Shown here: one piece after another, positions 37,001 through 47,144 of the stretch | How the letters are laid out: each line of letters starts with the position of its first letter | Position numbering within the stretch: position 1 is the first letter of the stretch | Sequence record: NC_070958.1 | Strand: one strand, 5' to 3' | Length of the DNA stretch: 64,000 nt | The notes under the pieces: model-generated | Told to the model about the DNA's origin: nothing | Seen by the model: the letters and a program-made list of their open reading frames with translations, nothing else | The model's database searches: none | Program-made: the position numbers and the translations under genes

Positions 37001-40000
37001 GTAGGTGTGGAAGAACTGTCGTCACCTGTCAACAGGTTGTATGCTAGAGCACTACCACCAAGGAGTGCGCCAACACGACCCATCCCTTTATTGAGTTTAC
37101 CCCCTCGTCCACCAGGACCGCCCATACCAAGCAGTCCGCCGATACCGCTACCGGCCATCCTGGCAATGGGACCTAACAGACCACCCAACATCTTTATACC
37201 TCCGCTAAGAAGTTTAAAGATGGGAGAGCCGATACCCAACACACCAGAGAACAACGCACTTCCAATCGTCCCTAAACGTTTCACACTGGCAGCCATGGAA
37301 CCGCCAACCATCCCGAGTAATGAACCCAGTGGGTTCTTGAAGAATCCGCCGATGGAACCCATCATGTCGTAGAGCTTGCCAAAGAGACCAGGTTTCTTAC
37401 CCTTCTCTTCACCTTCCCCTTTCTTCTTACTCTTACCGGTGAGTGTATCACCAATATCGATGATTGCTTTCTGGACTCGGTCAGATTGCGATGCTGCGGC
37501 CTGACGCGCTTTATCCTCAAGGGAGTTCTTACGCATCGCCGGACCACCAGCGTCATCAAGTTCTTCGTCCTCAATCTCCATGCCAAACTTTTGGGAAAGG
37601 AGTTTGTAGATACGATCAAGACGACGCTCAACCCCGTTCATGTTGGTACCACGACCACGAACCGCAGAGACGTGTGAGCTGGCTTGCTCGTTAGAACGCT
37701 CGAAACCAAGCTTACCCATCATGTTGGTAAAGAGTTGTTTACCCATACCGACAGCAGCACCAGCCATGTTAGAACCCATGGTTCCCACTTGTCTGATACG
37801 TTGGCCTGTACGAGTCACCAAACCTTCATCAAACTCGGCTTGGGAGATAAGTTCGTTACCTTCTTCATCGTAAACTGGACCAGAGATTTCGTTCCAACCC
37901 TTGACAGGTTTGAAAGTTCCGTTCTCATCTTTCCAGTATTCAACGTTCTTAAACCCTACTGCACGGAGACGGGGGTTCTGGAGATCACCTTTCACAAAGA
38001 CGTCTTGTTGATAGATGATTTCTTTACCCATGTCGATACCGGCGCGGAGTTTACCTATTGGGTTCACAAAGTTGTAGGCATTGACAATCATGCCCTTAGC
38101 GGTTTCGATCCCACGAAGCACTACAGCGCGACCATCAGGACCGAAGATGCGCCCACCCAGTTCACGAACTGTGATGATTGCTTTGGATACCACGTCAATG
38201 ACAGGACCTTTAATTTCACGGTACGTGTTAATAACACGTTTAGTGATCGCGTCAATGTACTCACCAGCTTTGAGCTTTGCTGACTTCAGAATGCTTTCAC
38301 CGTTTTCATCTACGATGTCTTCATCATCAGAAGGTTCGTTTGCACTGACATTTTCTTTACGATCCTTGTTACCCCAGTACTGAACGAGACCACCCAGAGC
38401 CAGTCCACCCACCGCCATAGATGCAGCGGCAATAGGGTTAGATGCAAAGTTGGAGGCAATGCCACCAAGTACGCCACCCAACACTATCGGAGAGTTCTTG
38501 ACCAGTAAGTCCATACCGCGACCGAACATACCTTCCGGGAACAGACCTTTGATCTTACTCATCAGACCTTCTTTAGCCTGCTCTTCTTGGCGTTCCTCAT
38601 TGGCGTTCTTTGGAGCACCTGAGAACAACTTGCCTTTATTAGCAAGATCCAGAAGTGAAGAAAGGATTGTTTCCATCCGCTGATTACTTTCTGCAATCTT
38701 GGATGTGTTGGAAACGATCTCTCCGGTCTGAGTGTCCATGTATGCCGTATCCGGCTTACCGGACTTGGAAGACATGTTGCTGCTAGCCAGCACGTCCAGT
38801 TTCTCTGTCAGTGTGTTGAGAGAACTGGAGAGACCAGCGAAGGAGGCACCTTCAGTACGCTTTCCATCATTGGTCGGAGCGGGGCGATCAGGAATGTGGA
38901 AACTGTTCCTGGTTTTCTTACCTTGAGTTTTGTCGCTGGGGTTCATCCCTCTGAGCGCTGGGTTGTTAGGATCGTCCATGAACATGCCGATACGTTCGTG
39001 GAATACTTCCATATCAACCTTGTCGATACCGTTCTCTGTATAGATCACACCAAGGTCACGAAGCAACTGTTCATTACCAGTGGCCCTGAGCATGTCGATA
39101 CGTTCAGCGATATTCGGAGCGAGGTCTTTCAGGTTGGTTGCTGCGGACCCTGCTTTATTGAGACGCTCTTGATACCTGGAGTTCCGCATCTCTGTCATCA
39201 CTTGCATCCGCTCGAAACCTGTGGTCTCGTTGAAGCGAGCAATGTCTTGATCACGCAGTCCAAAGTGACGACGTACCACCGCATGGATCTCGTCGAGCAT
39301 CGGACCAGAGATACCAGGAATGTCCCCGATATAGTAGAACGGGTTAAAGTTCTTCTCTCGGTCAACGTCTCTTGCGATCACCTTAGCAAATGCTTTACGG
39401 GCTCCCTGGGACAACGTCTTCTTGGGATCCAGGTCATCAACGAACTCAAGAGCAGCAGTCGCATACCGATCGAATTCAGCGGCGGGCATCAGGTCGGCTT
39501 GAACAGCGATCTGTTTGTTGGTTTCGTTCTGGAACTGACCACGCATGTAGTTGTAAGTAACCAACTCGGCATTACTGTCACCAGTTCTGATCATCTCCAA
39601 CAGTTGGTTGGTACGAGAAATCAAACCAGGTATTACTTCATTCAGTGTGACGTTGTTACCCTGAGTCCAGATACCAGCATCGACCAAATCACGTGGGTTA
39701 CGTTTCTTGAGAGTGTACTGTGTACCTTTAGCCTGGTTCATCTCAGACATAAACGAGTTCATTGCGGCTTTAGCGCGGTTACTCGCGGCGTTCTGAATTG
39801 TCCACCTGGCTTTACTCATGGGTTGTTTGTCGGGAGGAAGACTGGCAACGTAGTCTTCGTAGTCAATGAACGGCATCTCGTCCATTGCTTGGTAGTCTTC
39901 AGCCATGAAGTTGATCAAGCCAACTCCGGCGTTAGACATGTACGAAGCTTTCGAACCTGTGTTGGAGAGTCGCTCCCATTGACGTCGCAATGCCTTTGCT

Positions 40001-41136
40001 TCAGCTGGGTTTTTCTTGGCAAGGCTTTCCAACATTCTTTTACCAGGACCTCGGGCAAAGAAGTTGGGGAGGTTACGGACAGCAGCACCCGCTAACCCTC
40101 GACCAGCCATGTCTCCTAACATGCCAGCAGATACTGGCATACCGTCAGACATCTCGAGCATGTCGGCGACCATTCCCAACACACTACTGGCGCTATCTGA
40201 AGCATCTTGCCTGGCTTCTTTACCAAAACGATCCCTGATGAGACCAGTCAGGCCGCCTACACGACGCCCTACTGTACTAAACAGGGAATCCCGCATGTAC
40301 TGTTTGGAAGCGGTGAAGTTCGATGTCTTTTGGTAATCAGACATCATCGTCCCTTTCAAGATCTTCTTCAGTTCAGCAACCTGGGCGTGCATGCCCTTTT
40401 CCATGAACTTGTAGTACTTGACGTTAGCCACATAGCCTTTCGCCATCAAGTTCAATTTGGTCTGTTCGATTTTGAACTGTACGTTGCGCTGGTAATCGTT
40501 AAGATCACGAACACTGGTTTCGATATTGACAAGTTGGCGGTTACCGGCCATGACGGCAGAACTGATTTGACCACCAACGTTTGCAGACATTACGTTGAGG
40601 GAGTTCGTCATTTCTGAGAACAACCCTTCTTGACGACTCATAACGCTGTCGAGCACCAAAGTCAAGTCATAATCAGACTCTTCTTCAATACCCTCCATGC
40701 TATTATAAGACCCATCACTCTTCTCCCAGTCAGAGAAATCTTTCTGGGAAAAGTCATCCATTTTGTTACGAAGGCCGCCAGGTAACTTCTCACCGAAACG
40801 GTTGGAAAGCTGGCCGGCAATGCTTTGTAATGATCTGACCGATTCGTAGTTTTGCTCTTTGAGCTCTGTCTTGAGTTCATCGTAGCGTTCGATGGCACGG
40901 TTGGTTCGGTCGAAAGCGTTACTGAAAGTGTTGGGTAAAATAGTGCGGAGTGATCTAGTGATCGCCGCACCTGACCCTACTGTTTCATTAACGAGTCCAC
41001 CCAAGAACCCCGACGCCATACTTGACACGAATCCTTTACCTTTGAAAGGATCGATATCAAAATCTCCATCGAGATCGAAATCACCCGCAAACGGGTCATC
41101 CCAATCATCGAGACCGAGATCATCTTCATATGACAT
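34075..41136 (-). CDS. Large virion-associated peptidoglycan hydrolase / tape-measure-like tail protein (phiKZ gp181-like) with GH19 domain
   Basis: 2353 aa; GH19 signatures [38 protein letters not shown]; divergent from the beta' gene. Confidence 0.85.
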   Translation of the reverse strand: [2353 protein letters not shown]

Positions 41137-41163
41137 TTTTAATACCCCTAAGGAAAAGTTTTA

Positions 41164-42783
41164 ATGAGTCGACAACCCACTAACTTTACGTTGCTTAATC
41201 CGAGGGCCTTCCCTTGGCAAGCAATGGAACCGGTTACGACAGGCGACACTTTTGAGGGACAGACTACGAACCTTCACGAAGAAGGCTTGTACTCAACTCG
41301 CATCTTCGGACGTGTCGGTACTGATGACCGTGATAACACTGAATCCTACATCAACACCATCCTCCCCATTTTCAACCCCACCTTCTTTAAAGCACTGATT
41401 CAACTCAAGGCTTTGTATGGTGAGATCTTCAAAGGCAAGGTATATGCCAAGTGGGATCCCGAGGAAAAGGATTTCATAAAATCCAACGTCCTTGAAGGTG
41501 ATACTGGTTATGCCTTCTTTATGTCTCACTATGGTGAGTTAAGTCCGGCTAGTAACGCCTCTTTCAAGCGGACACAGAAAATCCAAATGCTGGAACGGCA
41601 TCGCGACATTGCACTTCATAGTCGTATCCCTGTTATTCCAGCCGGTCTCCGTGATGTAGAGATCTCTCCTATCAACGGGCAAGTTACAGAGAACGAGATC
41701 AACGATCTTTATCGTAAACTCTTGTTCCGTAGCAAATCACTGAACATCAAGAACCCTGATGAAACAGATCCTGTCTACGATAACATCCGTTGGGGGCTCC
41801 AAGAGTCTCTTAACAATATCGATCAGTATTTGTTCGACCTTCAGGAAGGTAAACGTGGCTACATGCAACGTCGCATGTCTCGTCGTGCTGTACACTCTGC
41901 AACACGTAACGTCATTACCTCTCGTAAGGTTTCCGTTGAGGACATGGATAACAACCATACCGGTGATCCTAACTCCACTATCATCGGGATGTATCAAGCC
42001 CTGCTTGGTTACTCGCTCACCTGTCAACACGAGCTGTTGAACGGTTATCTCTCTGAGTGCTTCACTCCAGGGATGCCCACTGCTCGACTCATTGACACCA
42101 AGACGCTCGAAAGTGTCTATATCGATGTTGACCCGAGTGTTGTGGACCGATTCACGTCCGCTGACGGGATTGTTGGTCTGATCAACAAGTTCTCTGATCC
42201 GGAACTCCGTAACCGACCGATTAAGATCGAAGGGAAGTACCTGGCCCTGGTATATGATGACGGTAAGCGTGTTTGCTTACTCCATGATGTTAACGATCTT
42301 CCTGAGTCCATGCCCAAGAAGTTCGTCCGTCCGGTAACTTATATTCAGTTCTTCTACATGCAGTGTGTAAAAGCAATTGAACGTAAAATGTTACAAGTTA
42401 CTCGGTACCCAATTACAGGGATAGGCTCCATCTTCCCGAGTCGTGTTTTCGTTCTTCCTACCAACGCTACTTCTGAAGAGCGTCAATTGGTAGACTTGGA
42501 TGGAACCGTCATCGGTGGGTATCATTTCTTCCCGTATTGGACAGAACAGCCCAGTTACTTTGATGGGATGTCCATCAGCAACATACGACTTGGTCTGGCC
42601 GGTGGTGACTTTGACGGTGACCAACTTTCGGCTAACTCCATTCAGGCCGCTGACTCCATCAAGGAAATCGAAGATATGTTTGATAAACGTATTTTCTATA
42701 TTTCCGGTGCTGGTGAGTTCCTTTACGACCCGGTTCAAGAACCGCACGAGTTTCTCCTTCGTGCATTAACTAATGGACTCTAA
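41164..42783 (+). CDS. rpoC: Virion RNA polymerase beta' subunit, catalytic N-terminal part (phiKZ gp180-like)
   Basis: GLYSTRIFG, IPVIPAGLRD, RYP, catalytic GGDFDGD. Confidence 0.92.
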   Translation: MSRQPTNFTLLNPRAFPWQAMEPVTTGDTFEGQTTNLHEEGLYSTRIFGRVGTDDRDNTESYINTILPIFNPTFFKALIQLKALYGEIFKGKVYAKWDPEEKDFIKSNVLEGDTGYAFFMSHYGELSPASNASFKRTQKIQMLERHRDIALHSRIPVIPAGLRDVEISPINGQVTENEINDLYRKLLFRSKSLNIKNPDETDPVYDNIRWGLQESLNNIDQYLFDLQEGKRGYMQRRMSRRAVHSATRNVITSRKVSVEDMDNNHTGDPNSTIIGMYQALLGYSLTCQHELLNGYLSECFTPGMPTARLIDTKTLESVYIDVDPSVVDRFTSADGIVGLINKFSDPELRNRPIKIEGKYLALVYDDGKRVCLLHDVNDLPESMPKKFVRPVTYIQFFYMQCVKAIERKMLQVTRYPITGIGSIFPSRVFVLPTNATSEERQLVDLDGTVIGGYHFFPYWTEQPSYFDGMSISNIRLGLAGGDFDGDQLSANSIQAADSIKEIEDMFDKRIFYISGAGEFLYDPVQEPHEFLLRALTNGL

Positions 42784-42785
42784 CA

Positions 42786-45700
42786 ATGACAGAAACCCAA
42801 CTCGCGTTACTCGGTCTTGCCGGTAACGAGGCGATTGAGTACAACCAGTTTGTTAAACTCTTCGCCACGAGAGAACGGGCCAGTGATGTCGTCAATCCCC
42901 GATACCAGTCTATCGGGGATGTGATGCTTCCACGAAGCTCTGTGTTCCATTATCAGCCTAAAGGGTTGAAAGAGATGGGACCGAGCAATACCGCTCCGTT
43001 CATCTCTAACTATGATCGCCAGATCAACATGTTCTTTAACCCCAACTACGTTCATGACCGTGGTGCCATCAAAATGGTTCCGCTTCAGATGAGCAAGTTG
43101 GAGAAAAGCTATTTGGCTGGTCACTACAACTATCGTCGCACCCGTCAGATCTCTGCGGTTGCCAGCAAGCCTGGCGAACTGCTCATTGATAACATGGCAC
43201 CTGGTCGACTCCCGGTTGTTTACCGGCGCATCACCATTCAAACTGGTTTCGACCAGGCTTACAACGAACTTGCCACTTTGATGGCTAACGTTGGTCAGTT
43301 CAGTAGCTACAATCTGAACCAATTTGCCGAGTTCCCACTTCCCCGTGCTTTCCCCAGTTACAAGTTGCTGGAGTTCAAGTTCGAGAAGTATATGAAACAC
43401 TTCTTTAAGCGTTCCAAGGATGGCGAGAGTCTCGTTATGGAAGGCTGGGATAAAGAAACTCTGAAAGAGTTCCAAGCGGAATCTTCTTTCTGGCTTCTTG
43501 ATCTTTATGGAATGATCATGGGTCATGGTTATGAACAGTACTCACTGTTCAACCGTCTGAACGAGAAAGCTCGTTCTCAGTTCAACATGATTTTCACTTA
43601 CAACGGTCGTTGCTGGATTGTTAATCTTCAGACCCTGATCAACCTGATCGGTTATGACGATAAACCGAGTGATAAGAAACCGTCCGCGATCAAGATTGCG
43701 TACTTCAAGCGTTTCTACCTGTCACTGATTTCTCTGGTAACACCGATTACTCAAGAGACGCCAGAGGTCAGTAACGATGAGCACGTTGTGGAAGAAGATG
43801 CTGAAAGCGAACCAGCGTCTGTCGGAGATCAAGGGAAGAACACCAATGTGGACAATCGTTCTGGTGGGGGTTCTCTTGACGACCTTTATAAGAAGCCTGT
43901 GGACGCTAAGTCTGTGGGTAAAGGACAGCCAAGCGATGTCGAACCAACTCCAGTTGGAAGTCAGGACGGAGGCAATAACAAGGAGTCGGAAGGGGCCGGA
44001 TCAAACAGCGATGGAGCTGGAGATGCGACTGACGGAACAGAGTGGGGGACTGACATCCCAGATGAAGTATTCGAACGAGCTACTGTTGAACAAGCAGAAG
44101 TAGTTGCTGCTGACTCCAGCTATGGACCAACAGTTACTGCTGACCGCATTCTTCAACGTCTTGCACGTCAGGGTCAGTTGACCACTAAAGAACTCAAGTA
44201 CTACACCGACATCTCTCGTAGTTATAAAGACATCGAGTTCGGTGGTCGTACCTTGGAAGAGATCGTTGACATCAAGTATAGCGATCTCGAGTTGAAGCCT
44301 GAGAAGATTGGTACAGACTCTGTATTGGTCGCCGATAAATCTGTTCAGCAGTCCAGGACTCAACAGTTTGTTAATGGCTACACCAAGGAATATCTGGAAC
44401 GTGACATTATCAACATGATCCTGGGTGTTCAGAACGGTGGTACCGCACTGGTTGATTTCGATCGTGAAACAACTATCACCGCCGAATCCAAGTACGACGT
44501 GTACAAGCTTCGCCTCCAACCCGTTGAAGGTGGTGCGCTGACCACTCGGCCATTCCGTATTCCCAAGGTTGATGATGACGGCACTCTGTTCATGGGTGGG
44601 GTAAAGATCTATTGCCAGAATCTCCGTGTAGATATTCCGGTAAGAAAGATTTCTCCGACCAAGGTCAGTCTCTCTTCTTATTACGATAAGAAGATCATGA
44701 TCGAACGCAGTCCGTACAAGGTCAATGACTTTGCTGCGTGGTTGAAGGCCGCTATCCTGAACAAGAGTCGTGTGGATAAATCCCTCGTCGTCACTCTGGG
44801 TGGTCAGAAAGCAGATCAGAAAGAAGTGTGTTGGTACTACTCTGTACTCGCCAGCCGGTTCAAGGAAATTCAGTTCGGAAACTACCATTTCAAGTTTGAC
44901 ACCAAATCTTTGATTGGTGATAACAAGGCGTGGGGGAAACTCTGTAACGCTGAAACCTGGGTGATAGGGGTAGAAGGTGATAAACCTGTTCTGATCGACA
45001 GCTCTGGTTTGATTTCTGTGGAAGGTGAAGAGCGTGGGTACATTGAGGAAATCCTCGGTCTGGAAATCTTCAAAGCGCCGATACCGAACTGTACTGTAAA
45101 CATCAACGGGTTCATGTTCCCGATCATTGCAGTGCTTTCGTATTGGGTTGGGTTCTCAGAGGTGATGAAACGCCTCAAACCTGTTTACCGGAGTATCGAA
45201 CCTGGTGTCCGTCCTCAGCTTAGTGCTGATGAATACATGGTACAACTCGCCGATGAACGACTCGTGTTCAACCGTCGTGATGAGTTCGCCACGCTGATCT
45301 TCTCCGGTCTCGAAAACATGCCGGGTACCAAGAACTTCGCTCGTTCACAACTTGACGATCCGAACGTGTGGTTCTCCATCATCAGTAACGATAAAGTTAA
45401 ACCTTCTCACTTTAGCGAAATGGGCTTGATCTACGATATGTTTATCGACCCCATCACAGCTCGTGAGTTGGAACGTCGCAAATATCCGCTGGTGATGGAC
45501 CAGTTGCTGATGGCAGCGGCTAAACTGTTGTTGAGTAACGAAGCTTCTCACGAAGTAGAAATCACCGAACAGCGATTTGTCGGTACCGAACGTATTCCAG
45601 GTCATGTTTACCGGGAGTTCGTGAAGTCTACCCGACAGATGCGTAACAAGCCAGGTAAGAAGAAGACATTCGATCTGAACCCCGAAACAATCATGATGAA

Positions 45701-47144
45701 CATTTTGACTGACTCCTCGTTCCAAAGCGTGGAAGAGGTTAACCTTGTTCACCAGGTTAAGCAGCAAGAAGAAGTAACATTCGGTGGTTCCTTCGGTCGT
45801 ACCGATCAAGCAATGGTTCGTCGTACTCGTGGTCAACTGGATAACTATGCTGGCATCATCTCTGAGGCTGGTAAAGACTCCGGTAAGGTAGGGTTTATTT
45901 CCTACATGACGTCCGATGCAAAGATCGTCGACCTTGCTGGTAACATCGATGTTGACCTTCCTGGCACTCCTGCTGGTCGTGGTTCTATTACCGCCAACCT
46001 GCTTTACGGCACCACTCGAGACGATACCAAGCGTTCTCTCTTTGCTGGTGTACAGCTGAGTCAGTGGATGGCTACTGATAGCTACGGTCCCGTTCCGCTC
46101 CAAACGTCCTATGACACCCAAATCGCTTATCGTACTAGCGAACTCTACTCTTCTGTTGCCAAAGATGACGGTGAAGTCATCGAAGTAACTAAAGAGGGGA
46201 TGGTGGTCAAGTACAAGAACGGAAACACCGATCGGTTCTTCTTGGGATATGAGATTGGCAAGGGTGCTGGTGAAAACCACAAACACCTTAAGATCACCGA
46301 CATGAAAGTTGGTGACAAGTTCACCAAGGGCAAAGTCGTTGCTTGGGACAGTATGTTCCTGGCTCGTGATATTCGTGACCCCAACCGCGTTTGTACCAAA
46401 CTCGGGACAATGACACGGATGGCACTCGGTGAAGGTCAATTCACCTTCGAAGACTCGATAGCGATCAGTAAGAACTATGCGCTGAAGAGTACCACTCCTT
46501 ACGTTAAGGAGAACCACTTCGTTGTGAACTATACCGACGTCATCACCATGCATGTTAAGGTGGGTGACAAGGTTGAGTACGCACAGCCTTTGGCAGATCT
46601 GCAAGACCCGACATCCGCAACCTTTAATGATGATAGCATCATGAACGGATTGGATCGTCTGGGGATCAAACAGATCAAGGCTAAACAGGCTGGGGTAATC
46701 ACCAAGGTCGAAGTCGTCTACAATGGTGACATTGAGGATGCTGATCCGTCAGTTAAGAAGTTCATCCAGCAGCAAGACTCTGTCCGCGGTAAAATGGCCA
46801 AGTACCGCAACAACACGGCTACCGATGGTAACGTTGGTGGGAACACCTCTGTAGGTAAGAGCAAGGTATACCCTGGTACTGCCTCTGTCTCCATTTACAT
46901 TGAGAACAGTCTCACTACCACCGTCGCGGATAAGTTCGTTGCAGGTAACCAAATGAAGGGTACTGTCGGGTTCATCTACCCCAACCCCATCTACACTGAA
47001 GATGGTCGAGAGGTTGATTGGTTCTTCTCCTTGAAGTCCCTTCTGAACCGCATGGTGCTCAGTCTCCGTGATAAGCTTGTTGCCAACGAGGTCAATAACG
47101 TTTACACGATTCGCATGATCGAGAAATATCCGAGGTATGAATGA
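42786..47144 (+). CDS. rpoB: Virion RNA polymerase beta subunit, large part (phiKZ gp178-like)
   Basis: 1452 aa; SEAGKDSGKVG, FTFEDSIAIS, DKFVAGNQMKG, N-terminal LAGNE/A candidate protease site. Confidence 0.88.
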   Translation: MTETQLALLGLAGNEAIEYNQFVKLFATRERASDVVNPRYQSIGDVMLPRSSVFHYQPKGLKEMGPSNTAPFISNYDRQINMFFNPNYVHDRGAIKMVPLQMSKLEKSYLAGHYNYRRTRQISAVASKPGELLIDNMAPGRLPVVYRRITIQTGFDQAYNELATLMANVGQFSSYNLNQFAEFPLPRAFPSYKLLEFKFEKYMKHFFKRSKDGESLVMEGWDKETLKEFQAESSFWLLDLYGMIMGHGYEQYSLFNRLNEKARSQFNMIFTYNGRCWIVNLQTLINLIGYDDKPSDKKPSAIKIAYFKRFYLSLISLVTPITQETPEVSNDEHVVEEDAESEPASVGDQGKNTNVDNRSGGGSLDDLYKKPVDAKSVGKGQPSDVEPTPVGSQDGGNNKESEGAGSNSDGAGDATDGTEWGTDIPDEVFERATVEQAEVVAADSSYGPTVTADRILQRLARQGQLTTKELKYYTDISRSYKDIEFGGRTLEEIVDIKYSDLELKPEKIGTDSVLVADKSVQQSRTQQFVNGYTKEYLERDIINMILGVQNGGTALVDFDRETTITAESKYDVYKLRLQPVEGGALTTRPFRIPKVDDDGTLFMGGVKIYCQNLRVDIPVRKISPTKVSLSSYYDKKIMIERSPYKVNDFAAWLKAAILNKSRVDKSLVVTLGGQKADQKEVCWYYSVLASRFKEIQFGNYHFKFDTKSLIGDNKAWGKLCNAETWVIGVEGDKPVLIDSSGLISVEGEERGYIEEILGLEIFKAPIPNCTVNINGFMFPIIAVLSYWVGFSEVMKRLKPVYRSIEPGVRPQLSADEYMVQLADERLVFNRRDEFATLIFSGLENMPGTKNFARSQLDDPNVWFSIISNDKVKPSHFSEMGLIYDMFIDPITARELERRKYPLVMDQLLMAAAKLLLSNEASHEVEITEQRFVGTERIPGHVYREFVKSTRQMRNKPGKKKTFDLNPETIMMNILTDSSFQSVEEVNLVHQVKQQEEVTFGGSFGRTDQAMVRRTRGQLDNYAGIISEAGKDSGKVGFISYMTSDAKIVDLAGNIDVDLPGTPAGRGSITANLLYGTTRDDTKRSLFAGVQLSQWMATDSYGPVPLQTSYDTQIAYRTSELYSSVAKDDGEVIEVTKEGMVVKYKNGNTDRFFLGYEIGKGAGENHKHLKITDMKVGDKFTKGKVVAWDSMFLARDIRDPNRVCTKLGTMTRMALGEGQFTFEDSIAISKNYALKSTTPYVKENHFVVNYTDVITMHVKVGDKVEYAQPLADLQDPTSATFNDDSIMNGLDRLGIKQIKAKQAGVITKVEVVYNGDIEDADPSVKKFIQQQDSVRGKMAKYRNNTATDGNVGGNTSVGKSKVYPGTASVSIYIENSLTTTVADKFVAGNQMKGTVGFIYPNPIYTEDGREVDWFFSLKSLLNRMVLSLRDKLVANEVNNVYTIRMIEKYPRYE

